A stretch of 64,000 bases of DNA from Ophelia neglecta. Taxonomy: Eukaryota. The notes beneath the pieces were generated by a model. That model had not been told where the DNA came from, did no database searches, and saw only the letters and a list, made by a program, of their open reading frames with translations. The stretch is from contig OZ260664.1 of assembly GCA_965285935.1 (NCBI GenBank), positions 95,170,001-95,234,000 of the forward strand, written 5' to 3'. Below are positions 11,051 through 25,016 of the stretch, in pieces; positions within the stretch are counted from its first letter, which is position 1, and every line of letters starts with the position of its first letter. The position numbers were made by a program, and so were the translations under genes.

Positions 11051-13738
11051 ATGGACAAAAAACACGTTATTCCTTTTCTTGTTCAACTTGTATTTCTTTT
11101 TAATACAATGTCGGCCTCGAAGTGGCAGAATTACATAACTAAGATCACGGTTTCCTCGCTTGACATGGAACAACCGAAGAACCTGGTTGAAACAAAGAAA
11201 CAAGCCTTGTCCTATCTGCAATTGAACGCGGCACACTGTTTGTTGGCAAGAGGGCGCAATACGCCACACGTGACAAAGTCACCCTGTGGATTCATTCGCG
11301 TCATTTCGGAAGTCGATAATAACTCGACAGAGTGGATGGTTGCTGTCGAGGGACCATTCCACATAAACGTCACCTTCCTGGAGTTCCGCCTGCCTCACAG
11401 TTTCGAATTATGTAGAGTCGAGAGTGTGTTACTTCAATGGTCATTGGCTACAACTAATCCTCCGCCGGAAATCCGGCTTTGTGGTCATAAGGAATCTTGG
11501 ACTGAATATGTATTTTCTGATACCATAAGACTAGCTCACGTAAGTTCTCTCATACCGACATCTGGAACATTTGTACTTATGTACAATGCGTACCAGCTAG
11601 GATCAATCGACAAGACAGTCCATAGCCAACATGTAGCCTTTCGGTTAGGTAAAAACCCTGCAATAGTTTATTACTTTCAAGTAGAAACGTTGACACGGTT
11701 TAACTTTCGAAGGGTACTGACAATTCATATCCGGGCAGACCCCGATCTTCGTATCGCCTTACATGTAAACAAACTGCATTTTAACTGTTTCCAGGCGTAC
11801 GACGGCCCCACGTCTCGTTCTAAGTCTCTCAGACTAGGATGGCAGACGGGAGGCATTGGATACGTCTCAGAAATGTCAAGCTGGTTTCTTATTATGCTGA
11901 GGGTAGTTATATACGATCCTGCTACATCGTGCAATGTTACAGGTGAACTATACGCCAAGTTTTCGTTATGGCTTTCAACAACGGAGTCCACTCAACTACA
12001 AGTTACAGATTTCCATGTCCTTAACATACATCTTCCCTCAGTTCATTGTTACGGCCACTCCGTGATGGTGTGCAAACTTGAGTTCAGCGCTACGAACAAA
12101 CTGATGCATTTGAATGTATCTATTAACCAGTTTGTGACAGAAAAGCCCACAGATTGCTGGAAGAGAGGGATGATGATTTATGAAACTGACCGGAAAAGGG
12201 ACCAGGTTATAGATGAGGACACACGACTATTGGGTATGCCTGTCTTTACTTTATGCAATAACTACATAACGTGGGAGGGCGGGGCCACCGAAGGACCCGT
12301 CATAGACAACATGGTCAGTTCTGGACATTCATACACCGTATTGCTGTATTCCTATACAGAGAATTCGTCCAGAACCTGGGGCATTGGCGTGAAGCTCAGC
12401 GTGGCAACCACTCCTTGTGGAGGACTGTATCTGGACTGCCACAAAAGAGATATTGTTAAAGACCCTTTGAAATCATACCACATTTCATTATACGGTCAGG
12501 TTCCTAGGTTTAAAAAGATTGACGCCGATATGCGGTATATGAACTTTTACACGTATCGACCGCGTTGGTCTGCCTCCATCTATATTTTCATTGACGGCGG
12601 GACACTATCAATTGTAAGTGGTGTCACAAACACTTTTAATTGTGTGGGAGTGCGAACAAGCGACAAATCTGGAAATTCCTGTGTTGTGCTGCATCATTTA
12701 CAGACAGGAGTTCCCTTGCTGAGGCCAAATAAAAGGTGTTATTTGTCAGTGGTTCAAATACGAGACACAGGACTTGATAATAATTTCGACATACAATTAA
12801 CACGGAAAACAGAGAGGTCACTAAATTGCTCGCCGTCTGGAACATTCGAATCCTGGGTGCTGAGAAAAAGTAAAGCAAATTTTCTGTCTGCAAATGCCTT
12901 ATTATGGCGGGACCTTCTGCCTTTCTGTCAGAGTTTGTCTCTTAACGTGAAAGCCAACCCCATTCCAGCAAAGCTTTTTCCTGATCAACATATAACCAGT
13001 AAGTTCATGAGGAGAATGGAAGACATTTCAAACCTGGCCGATTCAAAGACGTCCCTTCAGCATACAGTTCTTGTTCAGGGCACAAATCGGACGATGGCGG
13101 TGATCGCTCACTATGACGATGGTAATGGAATGGTGTCCAGTAGGAGCTGCGGGTACAGGAAGCAGTCACCTCTAACGGACACACGATTCAAGTTTTTTGC
13201 TGCTACATGCCCCCGTGTATGTGTATCAATAGACATATTTTATGAAATTGTAGAGAAGAAAATTTATAAAAAGTATCACCCAACGACATACCATAGGCAA
13301 ACATGGAATGTGACCCTTACCAGTGACCGAGAATTTTCACTCGTTGACAGTGTTACTTTTTGTGATAGGTACATTATTATAAGACCTGATACCTCCCAAT
13401 GTCCACCAATAGACTGCAAGATCAAATTTGACATTGACCCATATCATGCCTTTGATGCAATGAATCAAGAAATCAAATATGTCCGACAAATAAAAAACTT
13501 CGTCCAAACGCAAACTACGTATTTTGTCATCTGGGAGGAAGTGAAGATTTCTGGGAAACAGGCTGAAGCTAGATGTATGCGGATGGGAGGTCATCTGCCC
13601 GTTATTCATTCAGAGAAAGATGCGATGGTAATCGGGGACCTGATCTGGGGACGTTACGCTCCCGTCTCGCTATATGCAGCACCCTGTAGGACTTATTCTG
13701 TCGTCTGTGCTCATTTCATTGGCTTGAACCCAATAACG
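11051..13738 (+). CDS. Receptor copy 2, exon 1 (signal peptide, CUB/CUB-like modules, CTL N-terminal half); most divergent copy
   Basis: Start chosen at gccataATGG (MDKKHVIPFLVQLVFLFNTMSA, signal-peptide-like) rather than the upstream ATG at 10973. CUB pattern EWMVAVEGPFHINVTFLEFRLP..C..ESV...LCG...GTFVLMY. Open to the donor. Confidence 0.8.
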
Positions 13739-14334
13739 GTTTGTCCTTTCATAGATTAATGCTTACTTTTATACGGTATTTACTGACTTTTCACTGAAAA
13801 AATTCAATACAAAAATATGTGATTATATCTTTTCCGAAATAATCTTTTTTTGTAAAATAAACTTTTTTCTAAAATGTTAAACGCTGCGTGAGGTCTCCCA
13901 ATTCAAGACTTAAAACCATAAGAATCAACAGTCAATGCCATTTTTATTTTATAATTGAACCACCCCTTCTCTTCCTTAAATGTTGTCACTCTGGCAACAA
14001 TATTTTTATATTATCAAATGGCGCTTAGAAATACAAATACGAACATATCTGCTAGTGGACAATGTCTGCTGGTTTTTCCCTGCTTAGACTTTGTTTCTAG
14101 CTGAAGGAATTAACTTACCAGCTTAACTCAGATGGCAATTTACAAGGCGGCGATACAACCTCAAATCAAGTCGCTGTAAAAGGTACTTTTTTCGCAGATT
14201 TTTAAGAAAGTAAATTGATTCCTGGGGGACATCACAATACCAGCGAATATTGATATCAGTCAAAAATGATCAGGAAGGTGCACCATAGGATCAAGGACTT
14301 TAATCTGTCGGCCCATTTCATTATTTTCAAACAT

Positions 14335-17300
14335 ACTTATGTGAGGATGTTATTACAATTAGGTTTTACGTTTACTCGTAGGGACGTTGGGTTGATGGAA
14401 GCCCCGTGGGATTCACCAAATGGACCAGTTCCCGCCACACCCTGCAAATGACGTCAGTATACTCAGCTATACCTGGGACAGATTCGTCAACATCCACGTA
14501 TCACAAAGACTGGTCAAACCTTCTATACAACCGATCTTATCGAGTCTTCCCAAACTCGGAGGATGAATGCACAATGGCATTGTGGAATAAAGTTACCCTC
14601 GAATTTGAATGGGTCAGTATTAATTGTAACCAGAAAATATTGCAATATAATTTAATTTGTGAAAAGAAACACCCGACCGGTAAACACTCAAAAAATGGGT
14701 TTCGGACAATTATGGCTGTTTACCTCTATAATATATTAGATGCATTTAAGTGGTATGAAAAAACCTCAGCAATTGGACCGACCGTCAGCGCATGGGCTAT
14801 ACTTGATTGTCAATCCTGGAAAATAGAATTCATCTTTGGGAAAACACATCTATATTTACTTGCCTCTGTTTCTTCATATATTAGTTTAAATGCAAAACTT
14901 TTAATGAGTGGACATTGTTCTATTTGGAAAAAGACTATCATTTCTTCAATGGGAGGCAACAAACCGGGCGGGAACGATAAGCCGTTGGTAGGGGGGATGT
15001 ACATAACCGTTCTCTATCTGTCGCTTCCTCGCGAGATAATTCCACCACAAGATAATGGTGACCCCGTTGATTTGTCCACAATGGTCAGTACGGGAATTGG
15101 CCAGTGCGCTTTGTATTGGGTTTATCATAACAACTCCTGTATCAGACTTCATGACACAACCGGAAGGTTTATTGACAGTATTAAAACTGTTAATATGTGT
15201 CAAAATAATGTCGCTGTTCACTCACTAGCAATTTTATACTCACGAATTATTAATTTTGATATCTGTAACATCTATCAAATATTAATAACAAACATTACTG
15301 CTCGTGTTAGATCACAGCTTCCATCTCTATTTATGGTATCATTTACGTCACCTTCAAATCTCTCCACACCACACCTGCACGAGCTGTTTGTCTGTAAAGA
15401 CGGACACTATATCCCAGACCTGTACTATCTGGACGGTACTCCAGACTGCCCAGACGGTAGTGACGAGGTGGCCTTTATAAATGCATGTGAAATTCAGGGA
15501 AACGCAACATTCCAGTGTGGACACTGTCTGATTGGAACATGTGTGTGCATGGAACAATACTACCAGTGTGAAACAGGGGGATGTGTAAAATGGGCGAAAG
15601 TATGTGATGGCGTGTTAAACTGTAACACTGGTGATGACGAACGGCATTGCAGTTCGACTTTTATTCTAGAATTAGACCAAACGACAAACTTGTCTAGACA
15701 TTTTGTCTGCAACCAAAGCGGACATGAAATACCCATTGACCTTTTGGACGATTTGGTGGCTGATTGTGAAGGTTCGGAGGACGAAACACTCGTCTCCACA
15801 TTCAACAGATACGAAACTCGAGATGAGATCACTATAAAATGTATTAAAAGTGGAGGCTTGCCGTGTCTGCACGGACATCCTCGTTGCTACCCCGCTCATT
15901 TCATTTGCGTTTATGACCACAATTCGTTTGGACACCTCCGACATTGTCGGAATGGTGCCCACCTTGCAGACTGTGCCTTGGTCCAATGTCCAGCCATGTT
16001 CAAGTGCCTTGGCACTTACTGTGTGCCTGTAAGAAAACTATGTGACGGAATAACGGACTGCCCTGGAGCTGATGACGAACGGAGCTGTCCTACAGCGGCT
16101 CTGTGTCCGGGCTTCTTCAGATGCAAAAACAATAAATGTGTATCCCTTCAGGAAATATGTGATGGAAAATCAGATTGTTCACCAGACGATGATGACGAGT
16201 TTCCGTGTAATACTGTACAGTGTACCGAGTTGTGTTCGTGTCTTGGTCGGTCCATTGTTTGCCATCGTAATATTTCGTATATAAATATTGGTGGATACAT
16301 GTCACTGAGCGTGCGCAACCTGTATGGTCGGTTACCAATCATTGACGACTTCAGTGACCTCATTTCACTCACATTGATGGTTGATTTAAGCGGTAAATTG
16401 TCTAATATTACTAGTATGCCGACACTCTCTTTTCTGGACCTGGGCAACAACCGTATTACTGAATTGATTGGACAACCATTCAGTTCGTTGAGTAACTTGA
16501 GGAAATTATTATTAAGAGGAAATTATATCGAGAGCATCAAATCTAACAATTTCTTTGGTTTGAACGAGTTGCGGCTGCTCGATATCTCGAATGCTTATCT
16601 GCTACATCTAGATTCTGATTGCTTTACACATATGCATAAATTGGAGATTGTTGACCTTTCTTCCAATAAATTGGAGGAAATAGACCCATGATTTTTCTGC
16701 AGAATCTTCCTCCGGGTGTGATATTGAATATCAATGAAAATCGCATGACTAAATTTCCAAAGAGGTCAGAGTTGATCCAGTCATCCATCCTTTTCATTTC
16801 TAATTCCAAATGGGTTTGTTGTTTAATTGGCATAGGTAAATGTCTTGGGTCTGGTGAGGTACTTGTTTGTGGACAGATATTATCATCTATAGAAATAGGT
16901 GCTATTCGTATCATGTCGGGGTTAATGCTTATAATATTTTGTGTGTGCGTAATCCTTCGTGAATCAAAAAGGACTCGTCATATTCTATCCCACTTATGTG
17001 AGGATGTTATTACAATTAGGTTTTACGTTTACTCGTAGGGACGTTGGGTTGATGGAAGCCCCGTGGGATTCACCAAATGGACCAGTTCCCGCCACACCCT
17101 GCAAATGACGTCAGTATACTCAGCTATACCTGGGACAGATTCGTCAACATCCACGTATCACAAAGACTGGTCAAACCTTCTATACAACCGATCTTATCGA
17201 GTCTTCCCAAACTCGGAGGATGAATGCACAATGGCATTGTGGAATAAAGTTACCCTCGAATTTGAATGGGTCAGTATTAATTGTAACCAGAAAATATTGC

Positions 17301-19648
17301 AATATAATTTAATTTGTGAAAAGAAACACCCGACCGGTAAACACTCAAAAAATGGGTTTCGGACAATTATGGCTGTTTACCTCTATAATATATTAGATGC
17401 ATTTAAGTGGTATGAAAAAACCTCAGCAATTGGACCGACCGTCAGCGCATGGGCTATACTTGATTGTCAATCCTGGAAAATAGAATTCATCTTTGGGAAA
17501 ACACATCTATATTTACTTGCCTCTGTTTCTTCATATATTAGTTTAAATGCAAAACTTTTAATGAGTGGACATTGTTCTATTTGGAAAAAGACTATCATTT
17601 CTTCAATGGGAGGCAACAAACCGGGCGGGAACGATAAGCCGTTGGTAGGGGGGATGTACATAACCGTTCTCTATCTGTCGCTTCCTCGCGAGATAATTCC
17701 ACCACAAGATAATGGTGACCCCGTTGATTTGTCCACAATGGTCAGTACGGGAATTGGCCAGTGCGCTTTGTATTGGGTTTATCATAACAACTCCTGTATC
17801 AGACTTCATGACACAACCGGAAGGTTTATTGACAGTATTAAAACTGTTAATATGTGTCAAAATAATGTCGCTGTTCACTCACTAGCAATTTTATACTCAC
17901 GAATTATTAATTTTGATATCTGTAACATCTATCAAATATTAATAACAAACATTACTGCTCGTGTTAGATCACAGCTTCCATCTCTATTTATGGTATCATT
18001 TACGTCACCTTCAAATCTCTCCACACCACACCTGCACGAGCTGTTTGTCTGTAAAGACGGACACTATATCCCAGACCTGTACTATCTGGACGGTACTCCA
18101 GACTGCCCAGACGGTAGTGACGAGGTGGCCTTTATAAATGCATGTGAAATTCAGGGAAACGCAACATTCCAGTGTGGACACTGTCTGATTGGAACATGTG
18201 TGTGCATGGAACAATACTACCAGTGTGAAACAGGGGGATGTGTAAAATGGGCGAAAGTATGTGATGGCGTGTTAAACTGTAACACTGGTGATGACGAACG
18301 GCATTGCAGTTCGACTTTTATTCTAGAATTAGACCAAACGACAAACTTGTCTAGACATTTTGTCTGCAACCAAAGCGGACATGAAATACCCATTGACCTT
18401 TTGGACGATTTGGTGGCTGATTGTGAAGGTTCGGAGGACGAAACACTCGTCTCCACATTCAACAGATACGAAACTCGAGATGAGATCACTATAAAATGTA
18501 TTAAAAGTGGAGGCTTGCCGTGTCTGCACGGACATCCTCGTTGCTACCCCGCTCATTTCATTTGCGTTTATGACCACAATTCGTTTGGACACCTCCGACA
18601 TTGTCGGAATGGTGCCCACCTTGCAGACTGTGCCTTGGTCCAATGTCCAGCCATGTTCAAGTGCCTTGGCACTTACTGTGTGCCTGTAAGAAAACTATGT
18701 GACGGAATAACGGACTGCCCTGGAGCTGATGACGAACGGAGCTGTCCTACAGCGGCTCTGTGTCCGGGCTTCTTCAGATGCAAAAACAATAAATGTGTAT
18801 CCCTTCAGGAAATATGTGATGGAAAATCAGATTGTTCACCAGACGATGATGACGAGTTTCCGTGTAATACTGTACAGTGTACCGAGTTGTGTTCGTGTCT
18901 TGGTCGGTCCATTGTTTGCCATCGTAATATTTCGTATATAAATATTGGTGGATACATGTCACTGAGCGTGCGCAACCTGTATGGTCGGTTACCAATCATT
19001 GACGACTTCAGTGACCTCATTTCACTCACATTGATGGTTGATTTAAGCGGTAAATTGTCTAATATTACTAGTATGCCGACACTCTCTTTTCTGGACCTGG
19101 GCAACAACCGTATTACGGAATTGATTGGACAACCATTCAGTTCGTTGAGTAACTTGAGGAAATTATTATTAAGAGGAAATTATATCGAGAGCATCAAATC
19201 TAACAATTTCTTTGGTTTGAACGAGTTGCGGCTGCTCGATATCTCGAATGCTTATCTGCTACATCTAGATTCTGATTGCTTTACACATATGCATAAATTG
19301 GAGATTGTTGACCTTTCTTCCAATAAATTGGAGGAAATAGACCCATGATTTTTCTGCAGAATCTTCCTCCGGGTGTGATATTGAATATCAATGAAAATCG
19401 CATGACTAAATTTCCAAAGAGGTCAGAGTTGATCCAGTCATCCATCCTTTTCATTTCTAATTCCAAATGGGTTTGTTGTTTAATTGGCATAGGTAAATGT
19501 CTTGGGTCTGGTGAGGTACTTGTTTGTGGACAGATATTATCATCTATAGAAATAGGTGCTATTCGTATCATGTCGGGGTTAATGCTTATAATATTTTGTG
19601 TGTGCGTAATCCTTCGTGAATCAAAAAGGACTCGTCATATTCTATCCC
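14335..19648 (+). repeat. Near-perfect 2,657-bp internal tandem duplication (14335-16991 / 16992-19648)
   Basis: ORFs at 14406 and 17063 have identical translations. The junction tatccc-ACT-tatgtgagg joins exon 2 to the intron end through a 3-bp ACT microhomology. One difference seen (16460 T vs 19117 G). Confidence 0.95.
14382..16691 (+). pseudogene. Receptor copy 2, exon 2a: truncated after the LRRs by a premature TGA (pseudogene or secreted ectodomain)
   Basis: gac cca TGA ttt ttc tgc ag versus gac cca TTA ttt ctg cag in intact copies: a nonsense change plus a 2-nt insertion. Confidence 0.8.
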
Positions 19649-20397
19649 ACTGGTCGTTGATTGGAAATCACATATCTGATGCCACTATGGCCCTCTACTT
19701 AGGCCTCATGTGCGTAAAGGATGAGCTTGGTGTTTTCTCTAACGAGGAATACGTGCGTCGTTGGTGTATGGTACTCAGCTCTCTTCAGCTAGCGTCACTC
19801 TGTGGGTGGTCTGCCATGTGTATACTAATGTCTTACGCTTTTTATAAAAGTCTCCGTCTTTTAAAATTGGAACAACAGATGGGTTCTCTTAATAGTGTTG
19901 GGTTTGTATTGATCACATGGCTGTTTGTGTATGGTCCTGTACTTTTTCCCAGTTTGATAGCGCAAATATTCTCTGATGAAGTTCTGACTGCATCCGAAAA
20001 CTGTTCTGCCATTTTCCCTACCTCTTCTCCCGGTATAATACACATTGTGTTCCTGATAATTTGTTTACTGTTAAGTTTGATTGCACTGGGAGTGACAGCC
20101 GGGTTCTTTGGTATGGCGTTAGCTATGGCAGCTAGGTCGGCAAGAAACGTGCAGAAGCACGGGGACAAAAGGAGCGCGAATTCATCCTCAACCCGTGTTG
20201 TCATAAGACACTTTGCCTTTACCACTATGATCCCGCTTTGTGGGTGTCTAGTTCTATCTGTTTGTCTACTGACCATCTTAACAATTGGATACTTAAGTCC
20301 AATTACCGGACAGATGCTCTCCCTCTATGTGTTCCCATTACCAGGATTGATTAACCCGCTCTTCTTCCTGGTCCGAAGGTCCCTATTGTTGTTGTAA
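17039..20397 (+). pseudogene. Receptor copy 2, exon 2b: same stop/frameshift at ~19346, 7TM intact in the shifted frame
   Basis: Duplicated acceptor AG at 17037-17038; ORFs 17063-19348 and 19345-20397. Confidence 0.8.
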
Positions 20398-23300
20398 CAA
20401 AGGAAAGAACAGTAATTTGTGCATTAACAGCAATTGTTTCTTAAAGAACACACTAACTGTATTTGGGCCTATCTCTTATCAAGCACAGTATGCAATCACG
20501 CACTAATCCTTCCATTAATTCTGGCACCAAAATTGGAACAGTAAGTAAGTAATTCCTTTATTTGGCGTCAATAATACATATTGAAAGAAATATAAACTCT
20601 AAACCAGCTGGTAAATCCAATATATAATACATATGATGCAACATATTGTCATTATTTATGAATCATACAGTTAGACAGGTATAATACAATGCGAAAAAAT
20701 GAGTTTTTCATGCATGAGTATGTGCTTAGTACCACAATAGAAGGCATTATAAACAAGAAAAACAAAGAGTCATACATGGTTGCAGTATGTCTTGGGAAAC
20801 CTGTTACATCCATGATAATAAGCATATTCTCCATCTATTGACCGTTGGCGCAAACATTAAATTATCTACAGCAGGTAAAAATACCCTCGGTAGTTTTTCA
20901 ACTGTACGGTAAGCTCTAATGAGTGGTTATATCAAACCAGCCTTACTATGTAATCGGTGGGTAGAACTAAAAGTATTCATGATGAATAGAAGGTTGCTCC
21001 GCCTGGCGACTAAGGTCACAGTTACGACTAAAGACTCGTGTCTTCAGGCTCGCTTTTAATTGCTGATTGGCCGGAAATGAATGTTTACCATTACTTTCTT
21101 TAGTTCTGTTTTTAAAATCGGCATTTTTGGTAATTAAGATTTTTTAGCGCCATTTGAGCTCAATTGTTATTATTACTTTTACCACGTATGTGTCCAAATT
21201 AGTCTAAACAAATTGGGTGTTCGTAATTGGAATAGGCAGTAATATGGAAATAATATTAAGTTTCGATGACGTTAATGTAACACTATTGAACTATAGTACC
21301 AAATGCATTATGTATTTCCTAAAATAAGCTTAGATTATATATTTAGCTGAACATAGTATATGCATTTATTCATATGAATTATGATATTTTGATAGCGTGG
21401 TTTAAGTCAAAAATAAGGTGCATTGAAAAGTCAACCATATAAGTATTGGTTTTGATATTGTGGTCTGCCATGAGTATCATAATGCCTTACGCCTTTTACA
21501 AAAGTCGTAGTGTTTTAATTTGGCACAACAGGTTGGTACTCTAAATAGTGTTGACTTGGTGTTAATAGTATGGCTGTTTGTGCATGTCCTGTACTTGTTC
21601 CCAGACTGATATAGCTGACATTGCCTGATGAGGTTTTAACTGCGTCGTTTCTGCCATTTTCCCGACCTCTTTTCTAAGTATAATACAAATTTAATAACTG
21701 TTGGCGTCCTTTCTTTTTACCTCAGTGTTCTCATCCCTTTTGACCCGAATAATCTCATATTATTCTCTCAGCCACCTTTTGTAATCCTATATGTGTCAGT
21801 AGATTGTAAACATGATCCAAATTCTAAATAAAATATATATAGTAACTATTTGTAAAGTATCAAAATAGACAGGAATGGGCTTGGTCGTTTTGCTTTTCAA
21901 TCCTAACACGTTACGCTGATGGTTTAATGAGACACCATAAACTATTATTATATTTAATGCTATTTCTCCAGGAAGAATTGTGGTAGTACCATTCAAGGTC
22001 GTAAGCTCTACCTAGCTTAGGCTAAATGTTTATACTAGCAGCTTTTCGATTGACCTCCTCTTCTTTTGTAAACAGTAGGCATATTGTCCCCAGTTCCAAT
22101 ATTATTTACTGCATTGTTTATTGTCTTTATATTTATATGCATTTAATTTAACTCACGAGATGAATGTACCCCTGTTGATGAAACATAATGATATAATGAT
22201 CAATTCGAGATGTTTACTAATAATTCTATGATGGAACTGCATAAATGTATAAAGCATGCATTATGTCACACTCATTCCATATGTCACATGCATACGTTAA
22301 CCGCTGTTTTATTAATGAAGTATTGTTCTGCATTATATATCGTAAATATAACGTTTATAGAGTATAAAGTATAAAAAAGTGGTAGCAGTTGAAAGGCAGT
22401 AAATACCCTGCATGCTCGGTAGAATGGTTAATAAAGAATAGTTCATACCGCTGTTGAAGAGCGTACACACCTACCGGTCATTATGATTTCATTCAGTTGT
22501 ACTTCAGAAAGTTAAACTCTTGAATACACAAAGTATTTGAATAGTCCACTTCCTACATGCATGTGCGTTCTTGCTTATGAGGTCGTTGGGGCAATATAAT
22601 GACCCTCACATCGCGTAACTTCTTTTAAATTCACAGTTCATATACGAGTTAAAATTCCTTATTAATGTTTTTATGCGGCCAGTGTATGCGGCGGGATTTA
22701 TCATTGTATATCGACATTATTTGCAGTGCGAATTACCATGGGGATGCCCCAGTTATACGATGGAACGACGCACATCATAATTACAATTCACCCGTCAGAC
22801 AGTTGTGTGAGGGTAATTATATTGCCCAAACGATCTCATTGGCAAGAAGACACAGGCATATATGAAGTGGACTATTTTAATACTTTGTGTATTCACACGA
22901 GTTGAACAGCATGTGACTTTATCTAGAAATCATTTGAAAGATCAATGGTCTATAATAACTCTAAAACGCGATATCTACCGGATATTTTTCCGTTTAATAA
23001 AAGTTGCTTATTCACAATAAATCAAAGTTTGTTTTGTATTGTTTATGAAAAAACTTGATCACATTTAACCTATATAAATTATCACTAGTCATAAGTTCAC
23101 GATAATACTGCCTCCCATTACAATTGATACAATCTTTATCAGATATTTGAATTTATATCTTGGCAAGCTTATTCTTTAATACGGAACTGTTGTTAGATTT
23201 TGGAAGCGGCCTGACCATTCGGGATAGGCTGGGCCCATTACTAATAGCTGAGACCCGTATTGATCGGGTTTCTGGTCTGACACCCGTGATGATCGGGGTT

Positions 23301-25016
23301 TCTAGGACTTACCCATTGACTAGGGCTAGGCTTAATGCCAAAATGGCAAGTTTAAGACCAAATACAGCTTCCATAAACCCACTTTTTAGGTTAAGGCTGA
23401 TTAAGCACCTTTATCCTGATCTTAGTCGTCCGAGACCACTTCCAGAAGCTGAGCCCTTAAAAAGTCAAATCTAATCCAACACAAAACAAGACAATATGTC
23501 AGCGCATAAGTGAATTAAACTCATTAGATTTCAATCTAACTGGCGTTGGCTTTAATGGTATCAGGGAGATTAAGTTTTGAATTAAATTCACCCTGTATTA
23601 GTTTTAACTGTAGACTCTTATAAGGTCCGGTTTCATTTTACTTTTGTTGCTGAAATAAATCTTAGTTTACCATTTTACGATTGGAAACTTTCATCTCTGT
23701 TTTCCTAATAGAAATCATGTTTGAATTAATAGGATTTTAACTTTGATGACTCTTCACAAGTCATCGGATAGGAAACATTTGTTAAATGTATATTTATGAT
23801 TATGCCCCTATACTTTAGATGGAAAGTCATGCCGATTTGGAATAAAGTTAAGACATTTGAATGGGCCAGGATTATTAGTAAACAGGTACTGCTTCTAGCT
23901 CACAGTTTAATCTGATGAAATGCTTGGTTTGCTCGTTGTGCCAGTGACAAACCTTACGTCGGGTGACTGGGCATTTTTGGTATGTGTCCCACGTCTGTGG
24001 AACGAACTCCCTTTTTACATCAGGAGGGCAGCCTCACTTGGTGCTTTTATTTTATATCATCTTATCAGAGACTTACATTTTTAAAAGATTGGACTGTTGT
24101 TTCTCTTATATGTACAGCGCTCGTGAACATGTAGCTTTTATATAAGACAAGCACTATATCAAATGTCAATAAATAAATAAATGAAAAGAGAATAATCCCT
24201 GGTTTTTACGATAATTTACGGGTTTAACCCATTCAAAGTGTAACTTTCAAAACAAATTCAATTTCATTTTTTATCAAAAATGTTGAATATGGATATATAA
24301 ATTTTCTAAAATAAGAAAAATCAGCTAGGCCGGGTATATGGAAGCAGACCGAAATCCTAACTAGCATTAGAATAAGGATAAAGGTGCTTAGTCGGCCTGA
24401 ACTTGTTAACCCGGATTTCTGGTAGTTTGATTTGGTCTTAAACCTTTCCATTTTGATTTTAACTTAACCCTGGTTAACGGAAACAAAGATTGAAGCGGTC
24501 TTAGCATAGTGATAATAGGCTATTTTAATCCCTAAACTTAAGACCTCTTCCAGAAACTGGGCCTTGGGGACTAACATTCATGTTGATACACCTCCGAACA
24601 GACACCATATGTTGATAAGGTATACATTACCGGCGGGAGTAATCTAATACGAAGGCAACTCATTGGGTCCATGCATATTTGAATTCTTGGCATTTGATTT
24701 AATTTTACAGAAAAATGTGAGCTTTAATTACATTGGTCTTTGAAACTAAACAAGATGAATCTCTCGGCGTCCTGTTACACTTAGTCTAAAAATTGGCATT
24801 GTAATTTTATAAAGTCGCACTTTCTGTTATCTGAAGTGATTGGATCTAAACGGCTTGAAATTATATCCACATTTCACCAGCAATGAGGAATAATCAAATT
24901 TCCAATTTCTAATAAAATAGTATTTTATTACACTTCAGATGAAAACTTGCCACCCTTATATAAATTCTCTCGGAGCTAGGGCCTACCCGGTACGGATTTC
25001 TTGCAACACAGCCATA

